In this document: one piece after another, positions 48,301-57,772 of the stretch | How positions within the stretch are numbered: the stretch's first letter is position 1 | Layout: the number at the start of each line of letters is the position of its first letter | NCBI GenBank assembly: GCA_963847705.1 | Contig: CAWKBC010000027.1 | Location: 352,001 to 416,000 of the forward strand | Source of the DNA: an uncultured Pseudomonadota bacterium | GTDB taxonomy: Bacteria; Myxococcota_A; Polyangia; Fen-1088 | DNA length: 64,000 nucleotides | Reading direction: 5' to 3' | Program-made: the position numbers and the translations under genes | The notes under the pieces: model-generated | Databases searched by the model: none | Told to the model about the DNA's origin: nothing | What the model saw: only the letters and a program-made list of their open reading frames with translations

Positions 48301-50364
48301 GTGGCGTCCTCGGCGAGCTCCCCTGATCCGATCCTCGATCCGCTGAACCCCGCGCAGCGCCGCGCCGCAACCGCCGATGACGGCCCGCTGTTGATCGTGG
48401 CCGGGGCGGGGACCGGGAAGACCCAGACGCTGGCGCACCGGGTGGCGGCGCTCATCGCCCGCGGCGCGGATCCGCGGCGCATCTTGCTGCTGACGTTCTC
48501 CCGCCGCGCGGCGCAGGAGATGACCCGGCGGGCGGTGCGCCTGCTGGCGCGGCGGCCCGGCGCGGACGCCGCCAGCTTGCCCTGGGCCGGGACCTTCCAC
48601 GCCATCGCCAACCGGCTCTTGCGGCATCACGCGGCGGAGGCGGGGCTCGATCCGGCGTTCACGCTCCTCGATCGCGAGGATGCCGCCGACCTCCTGGACC
48701 ACCTTCGCCACGAACAGGGGCTGTCGAAGAGCGACCGCCGCTTTCCGCGCAAGGGGACCTGCCTCGCCATCTATTCCAGCGTGGTGAACACGCAGGTCGA
48801 TCTGCGTGCCTGCCTGGAGACGCGCTTCCCCTGGTGCCTCGAATGGGAGGAGGCGCTGCGCGCGCTCTACGCCAGCTATGTCGAGGCCAAGGCGTCCCGG
48901 GCGGTCCTCGACTACGACGATCTGCTGCTCTACTGGTTTCACCTCATGAGCGACCCCTCGCTGGCGCGGCGGATCGGCGCGCTGTTCGATCACGCGCTGG
49001 TCGACGAGTACCAGGACACCAACACCCTGCAAGCCGAGATCTTGCGGCGGCTCAAGCCGGACGGGCGGGGCGTGACCGTGGTCGGCGACGACGCGCAGGC
49101 GATCTACAGCTTCCGGGCCGCCTGCGTGGGGAACATCCTGGCCTTCCCGCGCCAGTACGACCCGCCCGCCGCGGTGATCACCATCGAGCAGAACTACCGC
49201 TCGACGGCGCCCATCTTGGAGGCGGCCGACGCCGTGCTGTCGCTGGCGACCGAGCGCTACGAAAAGCGTCTCTTTTCGGCCCGGCTGGGCGGTGTGCGGC
49301 CGGTTCTGGCCACCGTCCCCGACGAGCTCGCCCAGGTCGAATATGTGGTCACGACCATCCTCGAACAGCGCGAGGCCGGCGTCCCCTTGCGCCAGCAGGC
49401 GGTCCTGTTCAGGGCGGCCCACCACAGCGACGCGCTGGAGGTCGAGCTCGGCCGTCGGAACATCCCCTTCGTGAAGTTCGGCGGGCTCCGTTTTCTGGAG
49501 GCCGCTCACGTGAAGGACGCGCTCGCCTGCCTGCGGTGGGCGGAGAATCCGCGCGACACGCTGGCGGCGTTTCGGCTGGCGCAGCTGCTTCCCGGAATGG
49601 GTCCGCGCCTGGCCGCCGCCCTGGTCCAGCACGTCTCCGCGGCCTCGTTTGCGCTTTCGCCCGCGCTGGCGAGCTTTGTCCCTCCGGCGGCGGCGCGGGA
49701 AGACTGGCCGGCCTTCATCGAGCTCTTCCACCAGCTCGGGGGCAGCGGCGCGGCCTGGGCCGCTCAGATGGGTCTCGTCCGGCGCTGGTACGAGCCGCAC
49801 CTTGCGCGTCTCTACGACGACGCCCGCAGCCGTCTCGCCGATCTGGAGCAGCTCGAACAGCTGGCGGCCGTGGCGCCGTCCCGCGAATCGTTCCTCTCCG
49901 ATCTCACCCTCGATCCGCCGTCCGCCACCGGCACCGAGGCGGGAGCGCCCCACCTCGACGAGGACTACCTGATCCTGTCGACGATCCACTCCGCCAAAGG
50001 GCAGGAGTGGGACACGGTGTTCGTTCTCAATGCCGCCGACGGTTGCATCCCCTCCGACCTCGCCACCGGAAATCCCGCCGAGATCGAGGAAGAGCGGCGG
50101 CTGCTCTACGTCGCCATGACCCGGGCCAAGAACGCGCTCTCCCTGGTCCATCCACTGCGCTTCTTCATCCGACAGCAGAGCCGCCTCGGCGATCGGCATG
50201 TCTTCACCCCGCGGACCCGGTTCATTCCTGACACCATCCTCGACAGATTCGAACGCCTCGTGCCGCCAACCCTGACCACCCCGGACGCGGGGCCGGCCGG
50301 GGCGGGGCCGCGGATTGACGTCGCCGCCCGCCTTCGCGCGACCTGGGCGACGCCGGCGCGTTGA
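48301..50364 (+). CDS. UvrD/Rep-family ATP-dependent DNA helicase
   Basis: AGAGTGKT, TFH, LVDEYQD, VGDDAQAIYSFR, NYRS, STIHSAKGQEW, EEERRLLYVAMTRA. Confidence 0.95.
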   Translation: MASSASSPDPILDPLNPAQRRAATADDGPLLIVAGAGTGKTQTLAHRVAALIARGADPRRILLLTFSRRAAQEMTRRAVRLLARRPGADAASLPWAGTFHAIANRLLRHHAAEAGLDPAFTLLDREDAADLLDHLRHEQGLSKSDRRFPRKGTCLAIYSSVVNTQVDLRACLETRFPWCLEWEEALRALYASYVEAKASRAVLDYDDLLLYWFHLMSDPSLARRIGALFDHALVDEYQDTNTLQAEILRRLKPDGRGVTVVGDDAQAIYSFRAACVGNILAFPRQYDPPAAVITIEQNYRSTAPILEAADAVLSLATERYEKRLFSARLGGVRPVLATVPDELAQVEYVVTTILEQREAGVPLRQQAVLFRAAHHSDALEVELGRRNIPFVKFGGLRFLEAAHVKDALACLRWAENPRDTLAAFRLAQLLPGMGPRLAAALVQHVSAASFALSPALASFVPPAAAREDWPAFIELFHQLGGSGAAWAAQMGLVRRWYEPHLARLYDDARSRLADLEQLEQLAAVAPSRESFLSDLTLDPPSATGTEAGAPHLDEDYLILSTIHSAKGQEWDTVFVLNAADGCIPSDLATGNPAEIEEERRLLYVAMTRAKNALSLVHPLRFFIRQQSRLGDRHVFTPRTRFIPDTILDRFERLVPPTLTTPDAGPAGAGPRIDVAARLRATWATPAR

Positions 50365-50388
50365 CCCGTCCCGCGGGGCGCGCGCCGG

Positions 50389-51150
50389 CTACCGAACGGC
50401 GACGATGAACAGACGGGGAAACGAGAACAGGCGCTTGCCGTCGACCCGCGCGGGATAGGCGAGCGCGATCGCGGCCTGGTAGGCGGCGAGGTACGACGTG
50501 CGCTCGCCCTCGGTCAGGTCCTCGAGATACGGCCGGAGGCCGGTCCCCTTGACCCATTCGACGATGGCGGCCGCGTCCAGCATCACGTGCTCGTAGGTGG
50601 TTCGCCAGATGTCGACGGCGGTGGCCTGCGGGGCCAGCAAATCGTAATAGAACGCTGCCCCCGCGACCGGCGTCGCCGACGTCACGGGGGTTCGGCCCGG
50701 CATCAACCGCGCGCGAACCTCGCGCATCAGCCGATGACTCGGCTCCTCGAAGCTGTGCGGCATTTGAACCGCCAGGACACCCCCTTTTCTCACCTGCTCG
50801 AGGAGCGACGGGAACAGCGTGGCGTGCTCGGGCAACCAGTGAAAGACCGCGTTCCCAAACAGCAGGTCCAGGGGCTCCGAGGCCCGGTAGCTGCCGGCAT
50901 CGCCCAGCGTCCATTCGATTGCCGGAAAATCCCGGCGGGCGCGTTCGAGCATCTCGGGCGAGTTGTCGAGGCCGCTCAGCCTGGCGTTCGGCCAGCGCTC
51001 GCGCAGCAAGGCCGTCGAGTTGCCGGGGCCGCAGCCGAGATCGACGACGCGCTCCGCGCGCTCGAGCGGCACCCGCGCCAGAAGCTCCCGCGCCGCGCGG
51101 GTTCGTTCGTCTCCGAACTTCAGGTACTGGGCATCGTTCCAGAGCGCCAC
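50389..51150 (-). CDS. tam: Trans-aconitate 2-methyltransferase
   Basis: QYLKFGDERTR, DLGCGPGNST, NAVFHW, LAVQMP, WVKGTGLRP, FPRLFIVA. Confidence 0.9.
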   Translation of the reverse strand: MALWNDAQYLKFGDERTRAARELLARVPLERAERVVDLGCGPGNSTALLRERWPNARLSGLDNSPEMLERARRDFPAIEWTLGDAGSYRASEPLDLLFGNAVFHWLPEHATLFPSLLEQVRKGGVLAVQMPHSFEEPSHRLMREVRARLMPGRTPVTSATPVAGAAFYYDLLAPQATAVDIWRTTYEHVMLDAAAIVEWVKGTGLRPYLEDLTEGERTSYLAAYQAAIALAYPARVDGKRLFSFPRLFIVAVR

Positions 51151-51223
51151 GGTCGTCGAGGATAGCCCAGCAAGCGGCGCCGTATCCTGCCGAATCCAGC
51201 GACCCCGAGCGTTCGCCACCTGA

Positions 51224-52154
51224 TCAGGGTGTTTCCGGATCGGACGCCTGTGGCACGGGCACGGGTGGGGCGGCGGGCGCCGGTGGCGGCGTGGCCAGGG
51301 CCGGAGGCGCCGATGGAGCGGCCAGAGGAGGCGTCGGCGTGGGGCCCGGTGCCGGCGGCGCCGTTGGAGCGGGTGAGGGGGGGGCCACAGGCGGAGGCGG
51401 GAGTCCCGCCACAAACAGCGGGGCCGACCGCAAGGGTTCCACGTGCCCCTCACCTTCGACCAGAACCGCGTTCTGAAGGCCGATCAGAATCCCCCGGGCC
51501 GAGCTGCGCCAGCGGAACCACGCGCCCGAGGCCGCCCCCGTAAAAGAGGTGCAACGGATGGTTGCCATCGACAGCAACCCATCCGTCGTAGCGGCGCGCC
51601 GCGTCCGCCTCCGCTGCTGTGATGGCGGCGTCCGCCAGGATCGCGACGAGCGCAACTGCGGCGACCGCTCCGGCGGCGGCACCGGCACCGCCGCCGCCGC
51701 CGCCGTGTCGGCCGCCACCCGACCGGCCGAACGACGTGGGGGTGGATCGGCTGGGTGCGGGCGCGGGTCTCCACCCGCCGGCCTTTCCCGGCGGTTTCCA
51801 CCCGCCGCCCACAGGTGGTGCAGCGCGTGGGCCTGCAGCGACGGTCGTCCCGACCTGGCGTGGGAAGACCACCGGCCGCGGCGCAACCACCAGCGGACGG
51901 GGCGCCACGACCACCGGAATCTCGACATCGACGTCGACGCCGACCTCGGGCGGAGGCGGCGCATCGGCGACCAACGCGGGCGGCGGCGGGAGCACGACGT
52001 TGGACGGGACCACGCGCACCTCGCTGCCACGCATCGCGGGCGGCAGCTGCGTGAGCCGTTGAACCTCCCAGGTCGGCACGCGGTACTCGACGGAGGCGCA
52101 GCCCCCGACGCCCACCATCGCGCCCAGAACCAAGCACCGCATCCAGCGCCCCAT
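51224..52154 (-). CDS. Pro/Gly-rich hypothetical lipoprotein; +1 frameshift near 51488
   Basis: Signal ending GVGGC; removing one base joins ...LGPGD to LIGLQNAVLVEGEG and a Pro-rich tail. Confidence 0.6.
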
Positions 52155-52185
52155 CCACCTCTCGTCAACCATGGGGGCGCACAAC

Positions 52186-52202
52186 TTCAATTCCGGGGCC
52201 AA
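52186..52202 (-). promoter_or_regulatory. Possible sigma54 promoter (variant -12)
   Basis: TTGGCCCCGGAATTGAA = TGGC-N7-TTGA; NtrC-like palindrome ~105 nt upstream. Confidence 0.4.
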
Positions 52203-52411
52203 CGGCGCCGGGGCACCCCCTGGCCACGATCAAGCGCGAGCTTGCGCCCGCGAACGCGCCCGCCTGGTGACCAAACGCACCGGCGGGGGCACGATGTGTG
52301 AACCGAATGCACAATGCTGGTGCACACACACCCGATCGACGGGAGAGGGCGCCTTGCGATTCCCCGCCGCGCTGAAGCCGAGGGCGCCACGCGCCCTCAT
52401 TCCAGGTTCCG

Positions 52412-53986
52412 CTACTTCGTGAAGAGCGACAGGTCGACCGAGTCGGCCATCTTCTGATAGCCCGCGGGGCTGGGGTGCAATCCATCCCCCGACCCATCCG
52501 CCGAGGTCCAGGTGGCGTACTGCGTTTGCAGCTTGGGGGGATTGCCACCGTCGGTGACCGCGGCGTCGAAATCGAGGACGCCGTCGAAGACCCCGCTCCT
52601 GATGTAGGTGTTCACCTGCTGGCGCACGGCCTCGTGCGCGGCGGTGTAGTACGCGTTGGCGCCGAAAGGCGTGATGGTCGCGCCGAAGATCTTCAGACCC
52701 GCGGCGTGCGCCTGGCTGATCATGCTGGCGTACACCGGCATCATGGAAGAGAACGACGCGCCACCGCCGATGTCGTTGACGCCGTCGAACACGATCACGT
52801 ACCGAACGCCGTCCTGCCCCAACACGTCCCGTTTGAAGCGGGCTTGAGCCGCCGTGCCGCTGCCGACGAGATTGGTCGCGCCAATCCCTTGATTCAGCAT
52901 CCCCACCCCCGACGTCGCGCTCATCCCCTGAAAGCGGGCGGACAGGTCATCCGTCCACCGATCGTTCTTGTCGATGTCGACGCCCCGGCCGTCGGTGATG
53001 GAGTCGCCAATCGCGACCGTGGCGTTGTACGAGGCAGGCGCCATGACGTCGATGCCCGAGATGATGTACCAGTGCTCGGTGGAGGTCGCGGAGCTCATGC
53101 TGGCCGCGTTCACGGTGCTGCTGCCGGCCTGGATGAAGGAATTGGTCCTCGAGCCCGAGTGTCCGGTCACCTCGCTCGGAACGGTTCCGAAGGCGGTGGT
53201 GATGGTGACGTTGCCGAGCGGCGGGACCGTGAAGGTCACCGGGTCGGACCAGACCTCCTTGCCCTGGGCGATGGTCACCGTCTCCGCGCCCGAGAAGGCC
53301 AGGGCGGTGTCGGTCGTCGTGTCGATGGTGCTGTTGACGAGGGGCGTGGCTTTGCAGAGCGCGATGTGCGCCGACTCGATGGTGACCGAGCCATTGCCGA
53401 ACAGATTGGAGAACTGCACCCGAAGCTGGCTACCGCCGATCGAGACGTGCGTGATCTGACGGATCACCGCGTTCGACAGCGAGACGGGAGGCTGGTTGCC
53501 CGAATCGTAATAGGGCGACGCGGCCCAGGTGCCGACCCAGTGTGCCGTGCCGCTGTCGCCGCCGGCACTGCCCCCGGTGCCGTTGGTGCCGCCCGTGGCA
53601 GGGCTGCCGGCGTTGCCGCCGGCGTTCGTTCCGCCCGTGCTGGTGCCGATGCCGCCCGTGCCGGTGCCGCCCGTGCCCGTGAGGCCGCCGGTCCCGTTGC
53701 CGGTGCCTCCGGTGCCGTTCGCTCCGCCCGTGGCCGTGGTCCCGCCCGTCCCCGTCCCGCCGGTCCCGGAGACGCCACCTGTGTGGACGCCTCCGGTTCC
53801 CGGGGTGCCTCCGGTGGACGATCCGCCGGTCCCCGGGCTGCCCCCGGTCGCGGAGGTTCCGCCTGAGCCGAAACCTCCGCTTCCGTTGCCGCCGGAGCCG
53901 GTCCCGTCACCCGTGCCCGAGCTCGCGCAGGCGCCGAGCAGGGCAATGCCACCAAGGAAGCAAGCGAGACGCGGAGTGTTCATCAT
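52412..53986 (-). CDS. SGNH/GDSL esterase lipoprotein with long Gly/Thr linker
   Basis: LLGAC lipobox; WVGTW, GDSITDG, NQGIG, GVNDI, DGLHP. Confidence 0.9.
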   Translation of the reverse strand: MMNTPRLACFLGGIALLGACASSGTGDGTGSGGNGSGGFGSGGTSATGGSPGTGGSSTGGTPGTGGVHTGGVSGTGGTGTGGTTATGGANGTGGTGNGTGGLTGTGGTGTGGIGTSTGGTNAGGNAGSPATGGTNGTGGSAGGDSGTAHWVGTWAASPYYDSGNQPPVSLSNAVIRQITHVSIGGSQLRVQFSNLFGNGSVTIESAHIALCKATPLVNSTIDTTTDTALAFSGAETVTIAQGKEVWSDPVTFTVPPLGNVTITTAFGTVPSEVTGHSGSRTNSFIQAGSSTVNAASMSSATSTEHWYIISGIDVMAPASYNATVAIGDSITDGRGVDIDKNDRWTDDLSARFQGMSATSGVGMLNQGIGATNLVGSGTAAQARFKRDVLGQDGVRYVIVFDGVNDIGGGASFSSMMPVYASMISQAHAAGLKIFGATITPFGANAYYTAAHEAVRQQVNTYIRSGVFDGVLDFDAAVTDGGNPPKLQTQYATWTSADGSGDGLHPSPAGYQKMADSVDLSLFTK

Positions 53987-54011
53987 GGTTCTTTGTTTTG
54001 TTTTGTTTCTG

Positions 54012-55556
54012 TCAGTTGAGCGTCGGGTTGGTCCAGGGGACGTCCGCCTGCCAATTCAAGTCGAAGGTGGTCGAGGGCGGCTTGATGGCGATGTTCGGAG
54101 GCGTGGTGCCTCCCTTGAGGAACCGGGTGACGAACGTGGCGATGCTGTTCTGCTGCGTCGTCGGGGCCGAACAGTGAGCGTGGTTGGAGGTGAAGTCGTA
54201 CCCGATGCTGTTGGGGACGCCCATGGCCGTGAAGACCTGAAGCGCGGCCATCGTCGATTTGTAGCCGGATTCGTCGCCCAGCCAGTCGTAGCCGTCATTC
54301 CCCAGGATGATGACCGCTCGGGGAGCAATCATGGCGATCAGCTCGTGGTGATCGTGCGGCAACTTGTAGGGGTCGAGGCTCTTCATGCTGCTCATGAACC
54401 AGGAGTAGTTGGTGTTGTCGATCTTCTCGACCTGGACGCCCGTGCGGTCCACGAACTCCTGCGACATTCTCCAGGAGTCGATTCCGCCGCCGCCCGACTC
54501 CTCCACGATGGTGAGCGCGACACGCTCGTCGAAGGCCCCGGCAAAGAGGGACATCTTCCCGGCGTAGGAGCAGCCCCAGGTGGAGATCTTGGTCATGTCG
54601 ATGCCCAGTTGGGTCTGGAGCTGCGCGAGACCGTCAATCAGACGGCTGACCCCCCAGGCCCAGGCGCTGTAGTTTCCGATGTGGCCGTAGAGCGAGGGAT
54701 AGAGCTTGTAGAAGGGGTCCGACTGGTTCTGCGTGTTGGTCTGCGAATACATGACCACCTGATCGGTCGAGAAAGGAACCTCGGTGCAGCCCGAGACCAG
54801 GCTGGTCGTTCCATTCATGCCGATGACCACGCAGCTGCCGCTCCCGGAGATGGCCGAGGTGAGCGTGATGGAGTTCGAACCGACCGTCACCTTGACGCTC
54901 ATCGTCTTGCCGGACAGCGTGGCCGCCACGGTCGGCGGCTCTTGCTTGGGGCCGATCTCGTACTTCTCGAGATCCGCCTTGACCTCGTTCCGTCGGCACT
55001 CCCACTGCGCCTTGGTCGAGATGATGGTGCCATCGTGCATGGCGAAGGGATTGGGCAGCAGCTTGTTGTCCGCGCTCAGCAAGGCGCCCGCGGTGGCGTT
55101 GCAGTTGGAGCCGCTGTTCTCGACGGTCCCAATCGGCGCCGCACCTCCTGTCGCGCCCGTCCCGGTGGTACCGCCGGTCGAGGCGGAGGCGCCGGCCGCG
55201 CCGCCCGTCGCGCTGTTGCCGCCGGTCCCGACGTTGCCGCCCGTCGCGCTGTTGCCGCCGGTCCCGACGGTGCCGCCCGTCGCGCTGTTGCCACCGGTGC
55301 CCACGCCGCCAGTCCCGATCGTCCCGCCCGTGCTCCTGTTGCCGCCGGTTCCAACCGTCCCGCCCGTGCTGGAGGAGCCGCCCGTGCTGGAGGCGCCGCC
55401 GGTGCTGGTCGTGCCGCCGGTGCTGGTGGAGCCGCCGGTGCCGGTGGTTCCGCCGGTGCTCGAGGAGCCTCCGGTGCCGGTGTCGCCACCGCCGCTTTGG
55501 GCGCAGGAGAGGCACACCGAGATGGTCGCGAGCGTCATCAATCGTTTGAGCAGCAT
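54012..55556 (-). CDS. CE15 glucuronoyl esterase-like lipoprotein
   Basis: CLSC lipobox, Gly/Thr linker; AWAWGVSRLID, GCSYAGK, GAFDERVALT, ESGGGG, LPHDHHEL. Confidence 0.85.
   Translation of the reverse strand: MLLKRLMTLATISVCLSCAQSGGGDTGTGGSSSTGGTTGTGGSTSTGGTTSTGGASSTGGSSSTGGTVGTGGNRSTGGTIGTGGVGTGGNSATGGTVGTGGNSATGGNVGTGGNSATGGAAGASASTGGTTGTGATGGAAPIGTVENSGSNCNATAGALLSADNKLLPNPFAMHDGTIISTKAQWECRRNEVKADLEKYEIGPKQEPPTVAATLSGKTMSVKVTVGSNSITLTSAISGSGSCVVIGMNGTTSLVSGCTEVPFSTDQVVMYSQTNTQNQSDPFYKLYPSLYGHIGNYSAWAWGVSRLIDGLAQLQTQLGIDMTKISTWGCSYAGKMSLFAGAFDERVALTIVEESGGGGIDSWRMSQEFVDRTGVQVEKIDNTNYSWFMSSMKSLDPYKLPHDHHELIAMIAPRAVIILGNDGYDWLGDESGYKSTMAALQVFTAMGVPNSIGYDFTSNHAHCSAPTTQQNSIATFVTRFLKGGTTPPNIAIKPPSTTFDLNWQADVPWTNPTLN
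55201..55305 (-). repeat. 36-nt coding tandem repeat x3 (GTGGNSATGGxV)
   Basis: ccgcccgtcgcgctgttgcc... starts at 55201, 55237 and 55273. Confidence 0.85.
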
Positions 55557-55766
55557 GTGAACTCCTTGGGCGGAACAGGCCGAAAGTGGCGGTCGCTTCG
55601 TCGGCAAGCGGCGAAGCAGACGGGGGTCACCGTGCAAGGGGAATGGGTGGGGCGGATGCAAACCTTCGTTTCTTGATTCCGCTATTTTCAAATTCGGCTC
55701 ACGAACGCCAAAAATGAGAACAACCAACCAAACATGAGAACTGCCGCCGGTCCATCGACGGTCGAA

Positions 55767-56735
55767 TTACCGTCGAGCTTCGAGCGCGACGCCGAGCGAG
55801 AGACCAATCTGCAGCGGCGCGGTCGTCCCTATATTCCCGAGCGGGGCGACAGCGATCTCGTAGGTGCGCGGAAAATAGTCGACGTGCAGACTCGCGAAGG
55901 GCGCGAGGCCGGGACGGGCGAGGCGCAGCTCCAGCGCCAGCCGGGCGCCGGCGTCGAAGCGCGTGACGGGGAGAGTCATGTCGAGCCCCTGTCCATGCAA
56001 CGTGAATGGGGTGAGGGCGACCCCGAGGTCTGCGCCCATCTCCAAATGCGCGCTGGCTCTCCGGCGAAAGGTGCCGGAGAGGCTGCACGGAAAGCGCTGC
56101 TGGGTGACCTGGACAGAGTCGATCGTGTTTTGGGTCGACGTCACCAGGCCGGCGGACGCTTCGATGCCGAACGAACCTCTTCCGATGGCCACGTCGAGCT
56201 CGCCCCCGACGGTGGCTCCGCTCGTCGCGTCGCTGCCGGCGCCCACGGCGCCATCGACGCGAGCCGCCACACCGACGGACAGCCAGCTGAGTTCGCGCTC
56301 CCACTCCGGCGGCGGCTGCGGTCGTTGAATGGCGGGCGGGACCGGTGGCGGCGGGCGCATCGCCTCGAGCGACGGTGGGTTCATGGCCAGCGCCACGAAC
56401 ACGGCCGCGACGCGGGCGCGTTCGGTGCAGTCGCGTGGCGCGTCGGCATAGCGCTGCACCTGTCCACCGACGGTGACCTCGAAGGCGTCGCCGAGATCCG
56501 CGAGTCGGAAGTCTGACGGCAACGGATCGAGGTTCGGCCGGAAGTGAGCCAGGGCGGGCGAAAGCGCGGCGGCCACCGCCTCGCGGGTGGGACAGCTGCT
56601 CACCTGCTCCCCGTCGCTCCTCGGCGCGCCGCTCGGAGCGACGGTCGGCGCGGGGATCGGCTCCGCATGTACGCCTCCGCTTGCCTCCGCGGGCGACGCA
56701 AGGACGGTCATGGTGAGGAACAGGGCGATGTTCAT
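55767..56735 (-). CDS. Secreted hypothetical protein with Cys pair, Pro linker and beta-strand-rich C-terminus (possible OM barrel)
   Basis: Signal-like N-terminus, SCPTREAV...DCTERARVAAVFVAL, alternating hydrophobic strands. Confidence 0.6.
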   Translation of the reverse strand: MNIALFLTMTVLASPAEASGGVHAEPIPAPTVAPSGAPRSDGEQVSSCPTREAVAAALSPALAHFRPNLDPLPSDFRLADLGDAFEVTVGGQVQRYADAPRDCTERARVAAVFVALAMNPPSLEAMRPPPPVPPAIQRPQPPPEWERELSWLSVGVAARVDGAVGAGSDATSGATVGGELDVAIGRGSFGIEASAGLVTSTQNTIDSVQVTQQRFPCSLSGTFRRRASAHLEMGADLGVALTPFTLHGQGLDMTLPVTRFDAGARLALELRLARPGLAPFASLHVDYFPRTYEIAVAPLGNIGTTAPLQIGLSLGVALEARR

Positions 56736-56859
56736 CTGGAGGCTGTGTCGCGCCGCTCGCGATCGGTTCGGTCGAGGGGTTCGACGGCCTTCGTGGCCTG
56801 CCGCGGCCCGGTATGGTATCCAGGATTCGATCGTGGCCGCCAAGGAGATTGTTGCGCGC

Positions 56860-57642
56860 GTGCGATTGGACGTCGTGGCGACGATGCTCCTGGCCTGCCT
56901 CCTCGGCGCTGCGGCGTGCGCCCGGCAGGCCGATTTGGGAAGCATCGGAGACGGCCCGGCCAGCGTCCTTTGGCGGGGGACCTTCGAGCCGGGCGATCTC
57001 TCCGAGTGGACCGGGGACGGGGAAGGCAAGGCCTACACGCAAAACACCGGCGGTGTCATGCCGGTGGCGACCCTGGCCATGGCGCACAGCGGTCACTATG
57101 GCGGGCAGTTCACCATCGCGCCCCAGGCGAGCATGCAGTCCACGAGCTACCTCTATCGCAACCAGCCGAGCCCGCCCGAGGGGTACTACAGCGCCTGGTT
57201 CTATGTCCCATCGACAATCATCGTCGGGTCCTGGCTGAGCCTCTCCCATTTCAGCGGCAGCGACACAGGTGATGGAAAGAACCTTTCCGCAATCTGGGAC
57301 GTCAATCTCTACCCCCTGCTGGGAGGGGGGCTGGCGGCGCAGCTCTACGACTACCTCGGCGTCGGGTTCAACCTGCGGCAGACCATCCCCGTTCCCTTCC
57401 CGCTCGACACCTGGGTGCAGCTCGAGGTCTACGTCTCGAAAGCCACCGGACCGACCGGTGAAGTCACCGTCTGGCAAGACGGCGTCCAGATCCTTCAGCG
57501 GCCGAATGTCCAGACCGTCTCCAACGACTGGATGCAGTGGGACGCCGGGGCGGCTGCGGACGCCACCACTCTTCCCTCGCCGTCCTACGTCTACATGGAC
57601 GACGCTGCGATCAGCCTGGTCCGCCTCGGGCCAGGTTCTTGA
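56860..57642 (+). CDS. Lipoprotein with polysaccharide lyase/concanavalin-like jelly-roll domain
   Basis: AAAC lipobox; FEPGDLSEW, YYSAWFYVP, WVQLEVY, GEVTVWQDG, YMDDAAIS; start uncertain. Confidence 0.6.
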   Translation: MRLDVVATMLLACLLGAAACARQADLGSIGDGPASVLWRGTFEPGDLSEWTGDGEGKAYTQNTGGVMPVATLAMAHSGHYGGQFTIAPQASMQSTSYLYRNQPSPPEGYYSAWFYVPSTIIVGSWLSLSHFSGSDTGDGKNLSAIWDVNLYPLLGGGLAAQLYDYLGVGFNLRQTIPVPFPLDTWVQLEVYVSKATGPTGEVTVWQDGVQILQRPNVQTVSNDWMQWDAGAAADATTLPSPSYVYMDDAAISLVRLGPGS

Positions 57643-57772
57643 CACGCAACCCCGAACGGCGCCGGGCGGCTACAGGCCGGAAGGGCGGGAGAACGAACGG
57701 CCTCGTGCGTCGCAGGCCCCCTACGAAGTGAAGGTTTTCTTCCCTCGTACCCATGTACTCTTTACAACCGTC

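Noticed and set aside
47287-50199. Long antisense ORFs (also 2612-4987, 24115-26259, 26570-28726, 60400-62787)
   Set aside because: Typical high-GC shadow frames opposite well-supported genes; no recognisable motifs.
55201-55305. 36-nt periodic repeat as a CRISPR candidate
   Set aside because: Tandem units without spacers, in frame within a linker, and no cas genes.
53529-55676. Plus-strand Pro/Val repeat protein ORFs
   Set aside because: Antisense shadows of Gly/Thr linkers in the real minus-strand genes.
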